From Chrysomallon squamiferum (Eukaryota; Animalia; Mollusca), in NCBI GenBank assembly GCA_012295275.1, contig CM022678.1:13206001-13270000 (forward strand): a DNA stretch of 64,000 bases, given 5' to 3'. A model generated the notes under the pieces. It did no database searches and was not told where the DNA came from. It worked only from the letters and a program-made list of their open reading frames with translations. Positions 29,341-44,053 of the stretch are shown here, one piece after another. The position numbers and the translations under genes are program-made. How positions within the stretch are numbered: the stretch's first letter is position 1; every line of letters begins with the position of its first letter.

Positions 29341-30514
29341 GAACACACTTGAACACGTACTTCTGACTGATATCTGTGCAATAATCATGTTGTTGTTGTT
29401 GTTGTGCTGCTGTTGTCAGAAAAAATAAATACGGTTTCAAAAAACAATTAATGCAGTAACAAGTGTGCATCAGACACACGCACACACACACACACTTTCT
29501 AATATGATGTTGTAACAAAATAAATAAGAATGTAAATAATCATAAAAAAAAAAAAGCAACAATAAATAAGTATGCAAGTAAATAAATTAAGAACCAAATT
29601 AATAAAAATTTAAAAAAAAGAAAAAAAAAGAAAATAATATCCCTGTCAATAATAAATAAATAAACCAACAAACAAAAATAATAAATAAATAAATAAATAA
29701 ATAAAAATAACAAATAGATATAATAATAATGCTAATAATATATTCGGACACTTACAACTGCAATAAGCTGGATGATAAGCTGGAAGATACACTAGAAGAT
29801 AAGGTGGTTCTTGGTGAAGCTTCTGGTTACTGTGACGTATTGTGCTTTACTTGATTTACTTTGGTGTTTTTATCTGTCAGTAAATCCTCTACCAATGTCA
29901 ACAGATGACCAAATCAGGGAACTGCATAATGTCACACATCTTCCAGTGTTCCAGTTCCCTGTTGTATACCCACTCCTTATTTGCCAAGTCTTTTTGGCAA
30001 CGGTCACCACAACATCCACAGAAACATTTTAATTCTGCACTCTGTTTATAAAGTCTTCCCTGTCTTAGTAAGGTTCTGACAGCCTGAAATTATTTTCAAT
30101 GTGTGTTACTTAGCCTTTAATAAAACTATTCTAAATCATTATGTAAGTGGATATTTCTTTGTTATATGTCTAATGGCTTTTTTTTTTTTTTGTGCTGTAA
30201 TAGTCTATGAAGCTTTTGGCATGTTTATTACATATTAAAATGTTTATTGTTTTGGTAGATTCGAATATATGTTGTCAGTTTCTGTTAACTGTGTTGTTAT
30301 CAGGTTTTAACCAGGTTTTATCAGGTTTTAACCAGGGAGGTTTGTTGTTAAGTGTAATTAGTGTTTTATTATGTTTATTTTTTTTATACAATTTTTTTTC
30401 CCTATGACAATAATAAACATAGTAACAGAAAATTTGTCTTTATGCTTTAAACAGCACTGTTCACATGAATATTCATGAAGTTTTTTTGTTATGAATATTC
30501 ATTAGCACCTTTAC

Positions 30515-30568
30515 TTCCATCGCACTGGTTCTGTGAAGACCGACATGCTTCCTTCCACCACAGGAAAC
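30515..30568 (-). CDS. Candidate 54-nt exon (M|FPVVEGSMSVFTEPVRW|K)
   Basis: TTTTTTGTAG acceptor, GTAAAG donor, open. Splices to 30083 to give KLSEPY* (TAA 30067-30065). Confidence 0.5.
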
Positions 30569-31469
30569 CTACAAAAAACGTAAGTACAACATTCACACAT
30601 TTATAACAGACAGATGGACAGATACAGATAAATAATTATAACTGTTATTAAAGTATAATGAATTATGCTGATCATTAAAAGAGGTATATAAAAAAATCTT
30701 TAAAATCCTGATGGATGTTTTCTATTATAAACCTGTCTGCAATAAACAATAGCATTTTGCCCTTTGTTAAAAATAATAATAATAAAAACATAAAAATAAA
30801 AAATATAAAATCATTTGTAAAGTCCTTAAAATGACATTTACCTATAGGTTATTTGTTTCTTTATGGTTTTTGATTTTTTAATAGGAGTGAAGTGGGATTT
30901 TTGTTCAAGACAGTTGTTGAATGTATGCAGTTCTGTCCAGTATGGTTTTGTATAGTTAGCCACCAACTCATGCATAAATATGGAAGTAAAAGTTTGAAAT
31001 AAAACTAATCATACAACATTATAATAGACTTCAGTACTAGTAATGCTAATTGTGTTATTTTTGTGAACTTGGTTATTATTTGAGAATTTAGAATAACTGT
31101 GTAACAGAGTTAGTTAGCTGTTGACATTTCTTACTCAAATAGTTTATCTAATAATGGTATACATTCAGTCAATTCAAATGGATGTTGAATTTAAGAATAA
31201 TTACAATTATTATTAAATTATAATGAATTATGGCGGATAATAAAATAAAAAAATCACAATGCATTTAAAATCATGACTAATCCATATGATTATCAACATG
31301 ATCATAAAAATCAAAAATGCATCTGAAATAAAAATTGTTTCTAGTGACTAAGTTTAATTACATTGTACTTGTGACATCTTGAAAATGGCTGTTAAAACAT
31401 AAAATTAAATTCCATGTAGTCATTATATAGAGAAATTTATAACTGTGTCGTTACTTAAAATAATAAAAA

Positions 31470-31505
<36 letters not shown>

Positions 31506-32757
31506 TGTGAAAAAAAGAAGAGGAGGAAACTCTGATGTACAGTGTAGTTTTCTGTGGACAAATTGCTGGACGGAATTTACGTTCTATAAACTAACAAGAT
31601 TTCAGGTTTATAAACTGAGATTCAACCAAAAATAGCTTGAAATGTTATGAATACCACTATTTGCACTGATTATCTTTAACTGAAATAAATAAATAAATAA
31701 ATAAATAAATATAATTTTAATTTTAAAACTGACTGCACAATTTAAATAGTGGATGTTGGATATTAATAGTATGTATCATTATATATCTATTTGAGAAGGC
31801 ACCACTTTAATCTGATATTTTGAAAGTTTCAGGTGAGATTTTATTGATACATTAAGATTTGCTTGATAGTAAAGACATTATTGTTATGTTTTAACATGAT
31901 GAAACAATTTCGTCTAGCTAATTGAAAATATCCTCATATCTCACATAACACTAGTTCAGGAGGATAGGCATGTGCTTTATGATATAACTTACAAATTATA
32001 ATAATAATACAACAGATTTCTCCTAGCAGAATAAAATGTAAGTGAAATTATCAGTATTTTTTATGATGGAAAACAGAGGTAAACATAATAAAACATCACT
32101 TTATTTTCGCTCAGTATCAGTTTATGATATAAACATTGCTGGTTTTATATATAAAATGTGAATTAATAAATAAATAAAAATAACATATAGGAGCCTGGTT
32201 ATGTGTGAGTAATAAGAATATTTTGTGAAACTGAGATAAAATAAACTGATGTACGCAGCTTAAAAAATTTAATAATTTTGCTGAATCTGTTTTGGTAAGC
32301 TTTTTTTGTTTGTTTGTTTTTGTTGTTCTTGTTGTTCTTGATGTTTTTAAAAGATATAATTTGTTTTAGAGACAGGAAAAGATGAGATCAGTGATTTTTC
32401 TGTTACTGACTTTTGTGATAATTGCAAGTCCCATGTAATATCTAGAACTACAGAGTAATATTTTCTTATTTACTTATTTTAAAAGAAAAGGAAATTGTGA
32501 GATTAATATGTTATTATCTGTCAGTCTAATTATATTGATAATTAATCCTCTAATTACTAATGTTTTCTGAAGTATAGTTAATAAAAAATATATATCACTG
32601 ATTAAAACTGCATAACGTCTTACAAATAAACAAAATAACAGATTATGTTTTAATCAGTCTCATTTTTATTCATATATATACTTTGCCAGGTTTAAGAAAA
32701 AATAATATGTAAATATATATAAATATGTATGTATGTATGTATGTGTGTATGTATGTG

Positions 32758-32793
<36 letters not shown>

Positions 32794-33139
32794 GAAACAT
32801 TAAGCTTATCCAGCAGCGCAGTTTACACGGCAAAATGAAGAATCAGTAAAATAATACTATTGTTTATATTCATTTCAAAACCTTCAATTTTTTCCTATAT
32901 TATTGTGTTTTTAAAAAAAGAAAAATCATTCAACATTGTCTTCACCTTGGAAACTTGATTTACATGGTAGACTGTAGAACTAGTGACACTTTGTGTCTGC
33001 TACAAATACGTTTTACTCCATGTTTACTATCGAATGACAATTTTAAATAAGAACTGTTCAACTAGTTGATAATAATATATTAAAACCAAGCAGATATCAT
33101 ATGAATAAACATTCATTATTAATTTTATTGTTATTGTTG

Positions 33140-33185
<46 letters not shown>

Positions 33186-34009
33186 TTTAATTATTTGGTT
33201 ACAGTTGTCATCATAAAGAAAGAATTAAACACAATTTTACAATCAACACTGCAAAATAATTAACTTTATAACGTGTAACACTGAAAAAGTAGGTTTGATA
33301 GGAGATACACAGAAAGTATATGACCTAATAGGAAAAAAAAAAAAAAAATGATAATAAAATAAAATAAAATAAAATTTAATTTACTTGATTATGGTTTCAT
33401 TATGACAGCCTATGACATTATTAATTACAAGTGAAATTGGTTCATAATACAAAATCTTTAAGGCATACGCCACTATAATTTATTATTATAATGCATTGTT
33501 AGAAAAGTGGGGTTTAGTTTTATCTTGTAATGCTATTGTAATTATGTCTGCTGTTTAACAAACTTCAGTTTGATTAGTAACAACATGCAGAGTTATCTTG
33601 ACAGCTCAAGATTTATGGTTATGTTGTATAAAAATTCACTGTTTTTTTTCTCAAGGGAGGAAATTAAACAGAAAATACAGATTATAAAAAATTGGAAAAA
33701 TTCCATTTATATACATTTTTTCTCTTATTTGTTTTTAAATTTTTCTTTTCTATTTTTAATGTTTTCTTAATGAAATAATTCTATTATTCTTTCTAAAATG
33801 GGAAAGGCAAATTATAAAAACTGGTAGAAATGTCTAAACAGAAGTAACTGAATATTTAAGTTTTATTATCTAGACAGGTTTTTAAGAAACTTCAACTTGA
33901 AGATGATCATGTTTCTTCTAATTTAAAATAATGTCATCATTAATGCAAATAAAATTTTAATTTAGTTAACAATTTACATTAGAAATAAATTATTATTATT
34001 ATCTTTTTT

Positions 34010-34640
34010 AATAAAAAATTCTAATTACCTCTAATTAGTAAACCTTCAATTATATTTACACTAATTACCCACAACAAATAATATAAAGTTTTAAATAATA
34101 TAAAGAAAACTTTTTGTTTGTTTTTTTTCATAAAAAATTCTAATTAACCCTAATTAGTTAATCTTCAATTATATTTATATTAATTTGATTTTTACCTTAT
34201 ATAAAAGAAAAACAGATTATTTTTTAATTACTTTTTTTTTTTTTTTTTTGTATATAAAAAATTCTAATTACCCCTAATTATAAAATTTTAAATACATTTA
34301 CACAATGAATAACCCCAGCAAACCCTTGATTTTCCCCTGATTTAAATAATATAAAAAAGGAAAGATAAAATACTTTTTTCATTTGGATTTTGTTTTAATA
34401 AAAATTCCAATTACCCCTAATTACATAATTTTCAATTATATATTTTCACAATTATAGCCCCAAGAAACCCTTGATTTCCCCCTGTTTTAAATAACATAAA
34501 GAAAAAATATGTTTTTTTTTTTTTTTTTTTATATACAAATTCCAGTTACCCCTAATTACATAATTTTCAATTATATTTACATTGATTAACCCCAGCAAAC
34601 CCTTGATTTCCCCTGATTTAAATAATATAAAGAAAAAGAA
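34010..34640. repeat. Degenerate ~120-bp tandem repeat, ~5 copies
   Basis: Recurring AAAAATTCTAATTACCCCTAATTA...TTCAATTATATTTAC...CCCCAGCAAACCCTTGATTTCCCCTG separated by T-runs. Confidence 0.75.
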
Positions 34641-34743
34641 GATAAAATAAAAGATTTTACTTTTTAATTTGGTTTTTTAAATTTAGAAAAAATATAGAAG
34701 AAAGCATTTATAAATTCAAATTAGATTAATTTTGTGGTCTTAC

Positions 34744-34907
34744 ATTTCAGACAGATTTTCTCTTGAAAGTGTTGTGCTTTCTCTGGACAGGGAAGACTGT
34801 GAAGTAATAGCATTCTGGTGCTCTAGTGAATCTTTTCTGAAAATGTGTCTTACAACATTTTCAACTGACGTGCTGGCTGAGGCAGCTTGAATCTGTTGTC
34901 TAGGATC
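34744..34907 (-). CDS. Candidate downstream exon (DPRQQIQAASASTSVENVVRHIFRKDSLEHQNAITSQSSLSRESTTLSRENLSE)
   Basis: TTTTGTTGTAG acceptor, GTAAGA donor, fully open frame, and an exit phase 2 that fits the next exon. Confidence 0.55.
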
Positions 34908-37599
34908 CTACAACAAAATATAATATTCATTAATAAACTAAACATAAAATAAAATGCAAGTAGCATTTTTGTTGTCAGCTCTAACTGCATTTCACTGTCT
35001 TAGCAAGAAGAACTGTAGTCCAATTTTTTATTTTTCCATACAATTGTAATAATAAAAATAAGTTATTAAAGGTTTTTATATTCTTAATTTCAATCAGTTT
35101 AATATTGTAAATATATGTAGTTAATCTATCATCAGTTAATCTATTTCAGATATCTCAGCAATATTAATAACAGCAAATTACAAATGTGCTGTTCACTACT
35201 AGATTATGCTGGCACACAAATTATGACAAGGTTTGTTGGTGCATAAACCATTATTACATTGATTCTATACTATCTAAACTTAACATTTAAAATATCAAGC
35301 AAATAGTCATGCTTTATGAAATATTTATATAAAATTATCAGTACTATTCTGTATATAAAAATAAAATCATCAAAGAAAACAAACAGTGTAAATATTTGAA
35401 TTTAATTGATTGTTAATTTAATCTGAAAAAAATCCCGACAATTTTCTTAAAATTTTTCAAAGATAAAAGATAAATGCAGTTGAACACATTTGACTTAAGC
35501 ATGAATACAAAATGAATTAGTACATTTAAATAACTATATTGTTATTCCTGAAACTGATTAATAAACCCTGATATAATTAGTAAGTAAAACCATTTTGAGA
35601 ACAATGGCAAAATTATTGAAGAAATAAAATGTACTAACTTCAACTGCCATCTTAAATAACTTTAAAAGTATAGAGTAGCATGATAATTATCAACCTGTAA
35701 ATGCCATTTTCTAATTTTAATTATGAATTATTTTCTTAGTTTCTAAGAAAAAGCAAGAACAGGGCTGGACTTTATAATTTTAAAAACTGGAATAAAAGTG
35801 CAAAAGGTGTAAAGACAAAACAAAATACGTTACTGATCAATGAAAACATTACAGTACGGATACTATATCCTTTTATAATCCTTCTCAGGGCTTCTTTTTT
35901 TGTCTTTTTCTTTTTTTTTAAATGTTGGTATTTTCTAGCTATCCATTTTTATTTATAATAATAAATACAGAGCTAGAGCTAGTCCAGTTAAGATGGAAAC
36001 ACATGAGTGAAAGCTACTAAAAAACAAAAAAGTAAAAAGCTGCAATCCATACACAACTCCAGATATTTTTCATTGGAATAAATAAACTCCATTTACCAAA
36101 TATTCACCATTTACACAAATGAAATAAACATACTTCACTAAAGTTTTCTTTTCTGGAACCTTCATAATAATTTCCATCTCATTTGCAAAATCACCTTCTT
36201 GACTGAAAAAAACCCAGAACAAATATTTCAGATGAAAAATATAAATGTCATCATGTACAGGTACTGTATTTGTTACACTTGTGAAAATATTTCATTCGAA
36301 ATGTAGTAACAACAAATAATTTTTAAGTTCAGAGCTCATTTTCTATATTTGTACTAATGTATCAAGCCATTTCATAACTTCAAATAAAATCATTTTATTT
36401 GAGGTAAACATCACAAAGGAAGAAGAGAAAAAAATTATTACTGTAATTCCAAATAATGTTTGTCAATTTTACAAATTTAAAATCTAATATAAAAAAAATA
36501 ATAATAATAATAAAAATAAAATAAATGAAAACTAAATAATTGTGACCCTCCACCACGAAATGAATCTTATTTCACCAAGAATATATTTTGGGATTTTTAG
36601 CTTTTCTCAAAGGTACACAAAGGTACACAAAGTTCTTTGTAACATTTTCCTTAGCAACCATTTTTGTACGTTCATGAAATCTGGCCTGCTTATCAAACTT
36701 AGTTCAATAAAGAATTCTACTATGTTTGAAGGCAATATCTATTTTACTTTTTGCACAATATTTTATTTAAAATAAGTAAAAATGCACCTTTTTAGTGACA
36801 AAAGGACAAACAACTAAAAAGAATCAACAAGATCACTGTTACTAATTACAGAAATATTCCTAGCCACACCATGCTGCACCCCCTGGTACCAATTAAAAAC
36901 ATTTCTTGCATTTCAATTTTTTTTTTTAAATTGTTATAATTAAATTTCTCTGATAAGACCTTGAATAACAAAGATATGCCACTTTCTTTATATTAGAACA
37001 AAAAACAAACTATTTTATTTTAAGGATAACATGTATGTATGTGTGGATCATGACAATAGGTGACTAATTTAAAAAGAGAATGTTTTCTTATATTTAATTA
37101 TATTTAATTACTGTACAATACTATCATATAATACACTGAAATAGACTGACACACTTTGATAGTTTTACATTCTCATAATATTAATTCTCACCCTCAAGAA
37201 ATAATAATAACAATTAAAAATTAATCCAATCGTAGTCTATTATTATGTAAACATTAATAAGAAGAAGAAAAAAATGAAAAAGAAATCTAATCATTAGTAA
37301 GTAGGTTTTTACAGCAAATAATTTGTGTTCATAATTTGATACAAATATGCCCTGAAACTACTTGAAAGCTTGCATAAAATGCCTGGAAAGTTTTGTATAT
37401 ATTTATGTTGTAAACACCTTAATAATTATTATTCTCCCGCTATGAAAGCTTCAATTATGAAGAGAGACATAAATCAATTAGTAATAATGGAATGATTTTT
37501 ATATGCAGTATATAGAATTGTGACATGTGATAAACTATTACAACTGTGACATGAAAACATCCAAAGGTGTAATTTGAAAATAATATTTTTACCAACAGT

Positions 37600-40500
37600 T
37601 TCAAGTTAGTGTTAATGTAGCTGCACATCATGTCTAACAAAAGGTTGAATGCTGTGGTGAAGGTATTCCTGTCAGCCAGCTGGAATCCCAGGACAGGGCT
37701 ATAGGTTCTGGATGTCCTGTTAGTTGTGCCTTCACTGTCTCTGCTCTAAAAACAATCTCAAACTTGGAATCTGCATCATCAAGTTTTTGCTTATACAATG
37801 CCTGGTTTATCACTGTAAAAATGGAAAAGCTGAATTGACTTCATTCATTTAAGAGGACGAAACCACCCATCAAAGTACACCTGCCAGTCATATATTGTCA
37901 CATGCACATCTCTGGTTTCAGAAGATGCAATCTGGGCACAGTTGATTCCCTCTGTTGTGCTAGCTTCAACAACTTGACACAAATTGGCAAGGCAATCCAC
38001 TTCTGAACATTTGAACTTCGGCTTTACCAAACCAAAACATGAGTCTGGTGTGAACTTGGTATGGCCAGCAGGCATAAAATTAGTATTATTTCTGTATGGA
38101 GTCCAAACATAACCTTCCATGTGACATACCACAACATAAATTGATTCTTATTTTGTCCCACAATTGTCACAAACAAGTTCATTTTCATTTCTACTAGGCC
38201 AAACTTCAGTAGAAAATGGTGTAGTAAAGAAATTACCATATTAGACCCCTTGCTACTACTTGTACCTTCATCAATCAAATAACTAATCTGCTGAGGAAGG
38301 CCTCACAACAAGGGCCAACACTGTTTGTTTAGCTTCAGCGGCAGTAACTTTGCACTCCGCCACCATGTTATTATAAAACTTCCTTACAGATTCCACAATA
38401 CACAGATGATCTAGTTGTTCACCAAGCACTCGCATTGTCTCATCTTCTGGAAGACTGGCAGTTCAGTGAATCATCTTGTTGTTTTGTTTGCACTGCCAGC
38501 ACAGATCTGTTCTAGGGATCCAACAACTGTGAAGGGAACTTGCAGCTTCCATAGATCAATGAAGGAGGATTTCCCTATGACACGATGACCTAAAAAACAA
38601 GAGACATAAAAGTAATTAAGTATTAAAACAATCACTGCAAATTGTTATAATTTTTCAAGTAACAATTTCTAAATAATTTAATTACTAATCTTCCATATCA
38701 AGAGTAACAATATCACTAACTTTAAAACTCAAAAAAAAAGTAAAAATATAAATGTATGCACAATTATTTGAAATAGAGTACTGGGGTCATTCCATGTCAA
38801 GTCACCCCCCCCCAAATTTTTTTTAAACCAGACCGTCTCAGATTTTTATGAAACTTGGTATACTTGTTGACTGGGATCCCACAGCACCATGTCTGAAATT
38901 TTAGACCAATCGGACCAGTGGTGTGGGAGATATGGTCCCCAATTTTTTTAGATTTTTCCTCATATCTCAGGAACTACTGGACCAATCTTCATAAAATTGT
39001 TATCGTTGAAATGGCAATATGACAAGGATTCCAAATTTTTTAGTTTTAAAAAAATGCTTGAAATTGACCGTGTGGATACATGACCTTGAGATGAAAATTT
39101 AAATCACCAACATGTTAACTAAAACATTTTCTGAGGAAATTTTTTGTTTCAATATAGCACATACATGAAAATAACACCTTTTCAGGAAATTTTCAGCTAT
39201 TAACATCTGATTAACTAAAACCTGAATGATCAGTTCTGGATGCTAGGAATCACCATCTCTCTTGATCACTGAGTAAGACATTGTAGCCCTACATGTATGC
39301 ATAAAGTTCACATAAATTTGATAGAACTTGGTGTTTCTGATGTCTAACCTACTCACTGTCTTTGTTTCAAATGCTCACTGTATCCTTCATTCCCAGACAC
39401 ATTCTACTGTTCTCGTAACTTTCATAAAATTATACTATTTCCTCCTTCAATTCATCTGACAGAACTTTCCCTCGTTTTTAATCACAGAGGGATAGAACCC
39501 CTTTCTTTTTCTTCACCACACAGCTTTTTTCACAAGGTAATTCGTTGTTTCAAATTCATTCATTGTCCTTTCAATGGTAAGGGGTGACAAAGTCAAGATT
39601 TGCACACGCTCTGGGTAGGATTCAAACTCCTTGAATTTCTCTTTTAACTCCTCCAACATGTTCCTGAAAAAAATGAAGGTCCGATTTTTCTGATGGGTCA
39701 CTTTCAGGAGAATGAAGTGGAATATTTCAAGATGTTGTTTTAATGTTACTGTAGCTGATGCTAGTTTGTTCTGTCCTTTCATTCGTTTACTGGAACATGC
39801 TAGTGAATGGAGTTTAACAGGAGTTTCACCTAAACTTGACAGTATAGAATTCAAATCGAAGTCCTTTTTTGGAGAAACAACAACCAGCGGTTTGTCTGAC
39901 AAGTTATCATCAAATTCTCCCCTAGTAATACCACCCATACTAAAGCCATCCTCTGCAGGGTTTTGAACGTTTGATTTTTGAAGGCTAATCAAACAGCCAC
40001 AGCACAACTTGTCTCCTGGCACTAGTGTCTTTGGATTCACTAAGCATTTGTAAGTGCCCATGCTAACAATTCTTAAAGATATTGCTTAGGATGGTGATTA
40101 AGGAGATCACAACTCTTTTTCCGTAATGTTGAAAACGTGATTAAAAGTTCTTGTTCATGATGTGAACCGATACTCTTGATGTCTCGTGTTTTGATCCCAC
40201 TTCAAAGAGTGAGGAGTTCGACTTCCTCAGTTTTCCATATACTTCGCAACAACTCCTTTTTGGTATGATAGTGTTGATAACACACATTTTCAGGATAGTA
40301 AAAGCTGCAGTTAGCCCTGGAAGAAATAAGGATTTTCAGTATTGCCTGCACCTTCAATTCAATAGAACAAAGTCAGTGCTTTCCTAAATATCAAATCAAA
40401 CCCTGAAACCCTTTCAGTAAAGTTAAGCAGGTCATAAAATGGTAGCACATTACATGTGTCTTCGCACAATACCAATTTTATGAAGATTGGCCCAGTAGTT

Positions 40501-42660
40501 TCTGAGATATGAGTGTTCAAAGGTGGATGGTCATGCCCATTTTTGCCAATAATCTCAAAATTTGGGGGCTATATCTCCCACACCATGCGTCCAATTGGCC
40601 TAAAATTATCAACAAGTATAACAAGTTTTATAAAAATCTGAGATGGTCGTGTTTAAATTTCTTTTTTGGGGGGGTGATTTGACATGGAATGACCCCTATA
40701 CTTTATATCCATATACAGGTATATAAAACCAACAAATATACCAATCTATTCATTCAAATAACTATGTAGTATTAAAAATAAAACAAATTCATTAAAACAT
40801 GACACAGTGGCAGTATAGCCATATTTTGCATTATAAAAAGAATGTTCTAAGGACCAAGGAGGGGAACAAATATTAATGAACAATTAGAAAGAAAAAAAAG
40901 TAGCTTTATCAATAGTTTTAATTTATTTGGTTGCACACATCCTTGTGAAGAATCTTTTGTGTGAAGACACAATCAACTTACCTCGTGCAATAGCAAGTTG
41001 TTGGTAACGACTCAAAGTGAAGACTTCGTCTCAGTTGTGTGGAGTATGTTGACATCACTTCTCTTGAATCCTGGTACTCGGCCAGGTAAGCTGAGTGCAT
41101 AGTCCTCCACAAAATGCTGCAGAAACTGTAACAACCTCTCTGTATCATCAGAACTAAGTACACTGGATTCAATTTTCTCCCACCGCATTTTTTCTGTCTT
41201 GGAGTTACTCCATGCTGACGTAGTGCTTCAGCAATGCTGTTAGTTTATTCTGACTAATGCTGTAACAAAGAGATCTAAAAATAATTTTTCTGATTGTTTT
41301 TTGTAGCAACATTTGTATATAATCATTGGTATACTAATCAAATATCTTTAAAAATACAATGTAGGGAAATAAATTTAGAAAACCCACCCACTCCTCAAAA
41401 AAAAAAACACAATATATATACTGAAAACAAATTAAAATAACAACATAAAAGAATAGTTCCATTTTGCCATTCAATTCTTAAATAATCATGTATTCTGAAC
41501 AGTAATATTTAGCAATTTAGTATCAACTCCAGCAGAACACAACTACTCATGATCAATGGATTAAAACGCACATTTAACCATCAATGAATTGGAAGGTTTC
41601 TCTACAAACAGTTTTAGAATCTATGATGTAGCAACATCTCTGGAGTTTACGTTCTGTTTGTCAGCAGAGTTTTAAACATGTCATCTCTCCATTATTCATA
41701 GTACTTGACAGTACTCCAAGTAGAATCATCTCTTTGTCACACAAAATAAAATATTTTTATAATCATATTAAAATTTAGTCAGTTATTAGTAATATTTATT
41801 ACCTGTTGTTTGAAAAACATTTTTATATTATTCAAAAATAACTTAATATATTATAAGTTCACAGTAACACAGAATTATGCAAGCAAAGAATTGTGATATA
41901 ATCTAATGGTTAACTTGCCTCCATCCACTCCTCCCAATGAACATCCTCTTCTGTTTAAAGAACATCTTACTTAATATTTAAACATTATAATTTATATTGC
42001 TAAATTGTTTCAAAGTTCATAAATTTTTTAGGTTTAAGAAAAGGTTGATATATATAAAATTATTTTATAGCTAAAATTAATACAAAATGTTAGGGTAACC
42101 ATAAATGTATTTAATGTTAAATATCTATAATTGGCTCCTATTGATATTAATATTATAATATAACTTATAAGTTTAAAAAAAAATCCAAATCAACTGTTAT
42201 TTTAATAATTTTTGAAAACATTAAAATGACTACAAACTGAGGATAGTCCCTTTATCTATAAATATTACAAACTATGCATTCTTACCTTCATTGAATTCTG
42301 TCATATTCATTCTCCGATCCAGCACTTCATCTCGTGAAAACTGAGAAATGCATCCATGTTTTACACTTTGTCCTTCTCCGGCAGTTTTAATCTTACAATT
42401 ACAGTCAAACCATACAACTTTTACATTTTCCTTATTAGCAAAACACGACTGATTAATGTCTATTTCAAAATTTAATTCAGAATCGGTGGAATTGGCTGAA
42501 TCTTCATCATTTTCTGTAATATTGCCAGCGTCATTCAGTAACGGAAGAATCAGTAAAATAATCCTGGATCAAACAATGTACATCTTCTGAATCAGCATTG
42601 TCCAAAATATTTGCTACAACGTGAATAATTTAAAGCCTTAGTTAAAATTTCAGCATGCAT
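37600..42660 (-). pseudogene. Four-exon Sola1-type transposase pseudogene
   Basis: Exons ~42660-42286 (FDCNC..GCISQFSRDEVLDRR), ~41740-41579 (MILLGVL..VCRETFQF), 41259-40982 (FVEDYALSLPGRVPGFKRSD) and 38589-~37600 (FIDLWK, TDLCWQC, IDEG..SKGSNMVISLLHHF, GQNKNQF, GHTKFTPDSCFGL, IYDW). Frameshifts and stops throughout. Confidence 0.8.
38783..40696 (-). mobile_element. Internally deleted Sola2-like DNA transposon nested in an intron of the Sola1 transposase
   Basis: ~220-bp imperfect TIRs starting GGGGTCATTCCATGTCAA.TCACCCCCCC. The minus-strand remnant at ~40330-39300 has LVPGDKLC, LGETPVKLH, VQILTLSP, GKVLSDE..ENSRMC.GMKDTVS. No catalytic C-terminal half. TSD ambiguous; superfamily assigned from remembered motifs. 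Confidence 0.7.
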
Positions 42661-44053
42661 ACAGTTACCTCGCTTGCATTGGAGTATTACGTCACATGAT
42701 ATTCTTGACCAATCATGAATGGGAATTCCATCTTAGTAGTCCTTTGTTTGCTGTTCTGTTCTTATTTTGTTCTCGCTCATTGATCTTCTATTTTAAACAT
42801 GGCCAATCAGACTCTGCATATTTAGAAAGCCATGAAAACAAGCTTTCCACTGATACCAGAAACGACGGGTTCACTTTCTATTTTCAGGGCGAAAACATTT
42901 GCTGAATATTGAATTTTTCATGCATTTTTAATTAACAAAAAACAAAAGATTATCTCATTCAAGTGCATTTTTGAAGCATATAGAAGAAACTGTTTTAGTG
43001 TTAATTCAAAATGTTCACAAATGGATAAACTATCAGTTTAAATTAAAATCTCAACCTACTCCCCACTGAGGTTATTTTGGTCGTTACACACAACTAGGCA
43101 AGGTGACATCCGACTCATTTCATGGTGGCGGGTCACAATTATAGAACAAAAACCAACAGCAGTAAAAGAAACAAACAATAATAAGAATGAAAAAATAATT
43201 ATACTTCTAAATTATTATCATTATTAACTTTTTTATAAAGATAAAAACAGAAAATAATTTTATAATGACTCAACAATATCAGTGTCGTGTAAACAGATTG
43301 AGGATATAAAACCAACTGAATGTCATGATCCACATTCTCTGACAGGAACAGGGCATCATCCCTGTGATTTCCACTGAAAATTAATAACAAGAATCAGAAA
43401 TTTAGATAATTTGAAAGATAAACATTTTATATTATTCAAATAATCGAAAATTCTGTAAATGAAATAGTGTAATAATTCAAAATATCTGTTTATTGTTTAA
43501 TTTTGTACTGAGATACATTATTCTATAATATAACAATAAGTGTGTATGTGTGTGTTTTGGTGGGTTTTTTTATTCATTAAGCTATTACTCTTTTGCATTG
43601 TTATGATCTAGAATCCATGTTTTGATGATCTTCTTGTAAAAGTTTTTTTCAACAAAAGGATCAACAATTTGGATCCAGCATGTTCATTAGGAAAGAAAAG
43701 ATGTGTAAAGGAATTAAATAAAAATATTGATAAGTAGGACAGTATATTTACATTGTAAAAAGATGCCTTACAGCACCTTAACAAAATATTAAATCAGTTG
43801 GTCTGGTAAAGTACAGCATTATATTTAATAAACACTTACTTCAAGCTGGTCACTAAAATAGACCAAATCTGAAATAAAGAAGAAATGTTTTATTTCAGAA
43901 CATACACAGCATGTTTTTTTAACTATTTTTAATATTTAAAAGGGAACTAACTACACAGATATTGACAAAGAAACCCTGTTTCTGCAATATGAAGTGACAC
44001 CCTTTTAAACAAGCAACTAAAAACCTTTTTCTAATGTACATCTTTCCGGTGTC

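Larger units (their letters stand above)
36542..43136 (-). mobile_element. Full-length but inactivated Sola1-type DNA transposon
   Basis: Imperfect ~35-bp TIRs: GTGACCCTCCACCACGAAATGAATC (36542) and its reverse complement ending 43136. Both ends are flanked by AATT, matching the AWWT 4-bp TSD described for Sola1. Internal transposase remnants present. Confidence 0.85.

Noticed and set aside
32837-32855. 19-bp match GAAGAATCAGTAAAATAAT with ~42545 in the Sola1 element
   Set aside because: Short, AT-rich and without flanking homology; probably chance.
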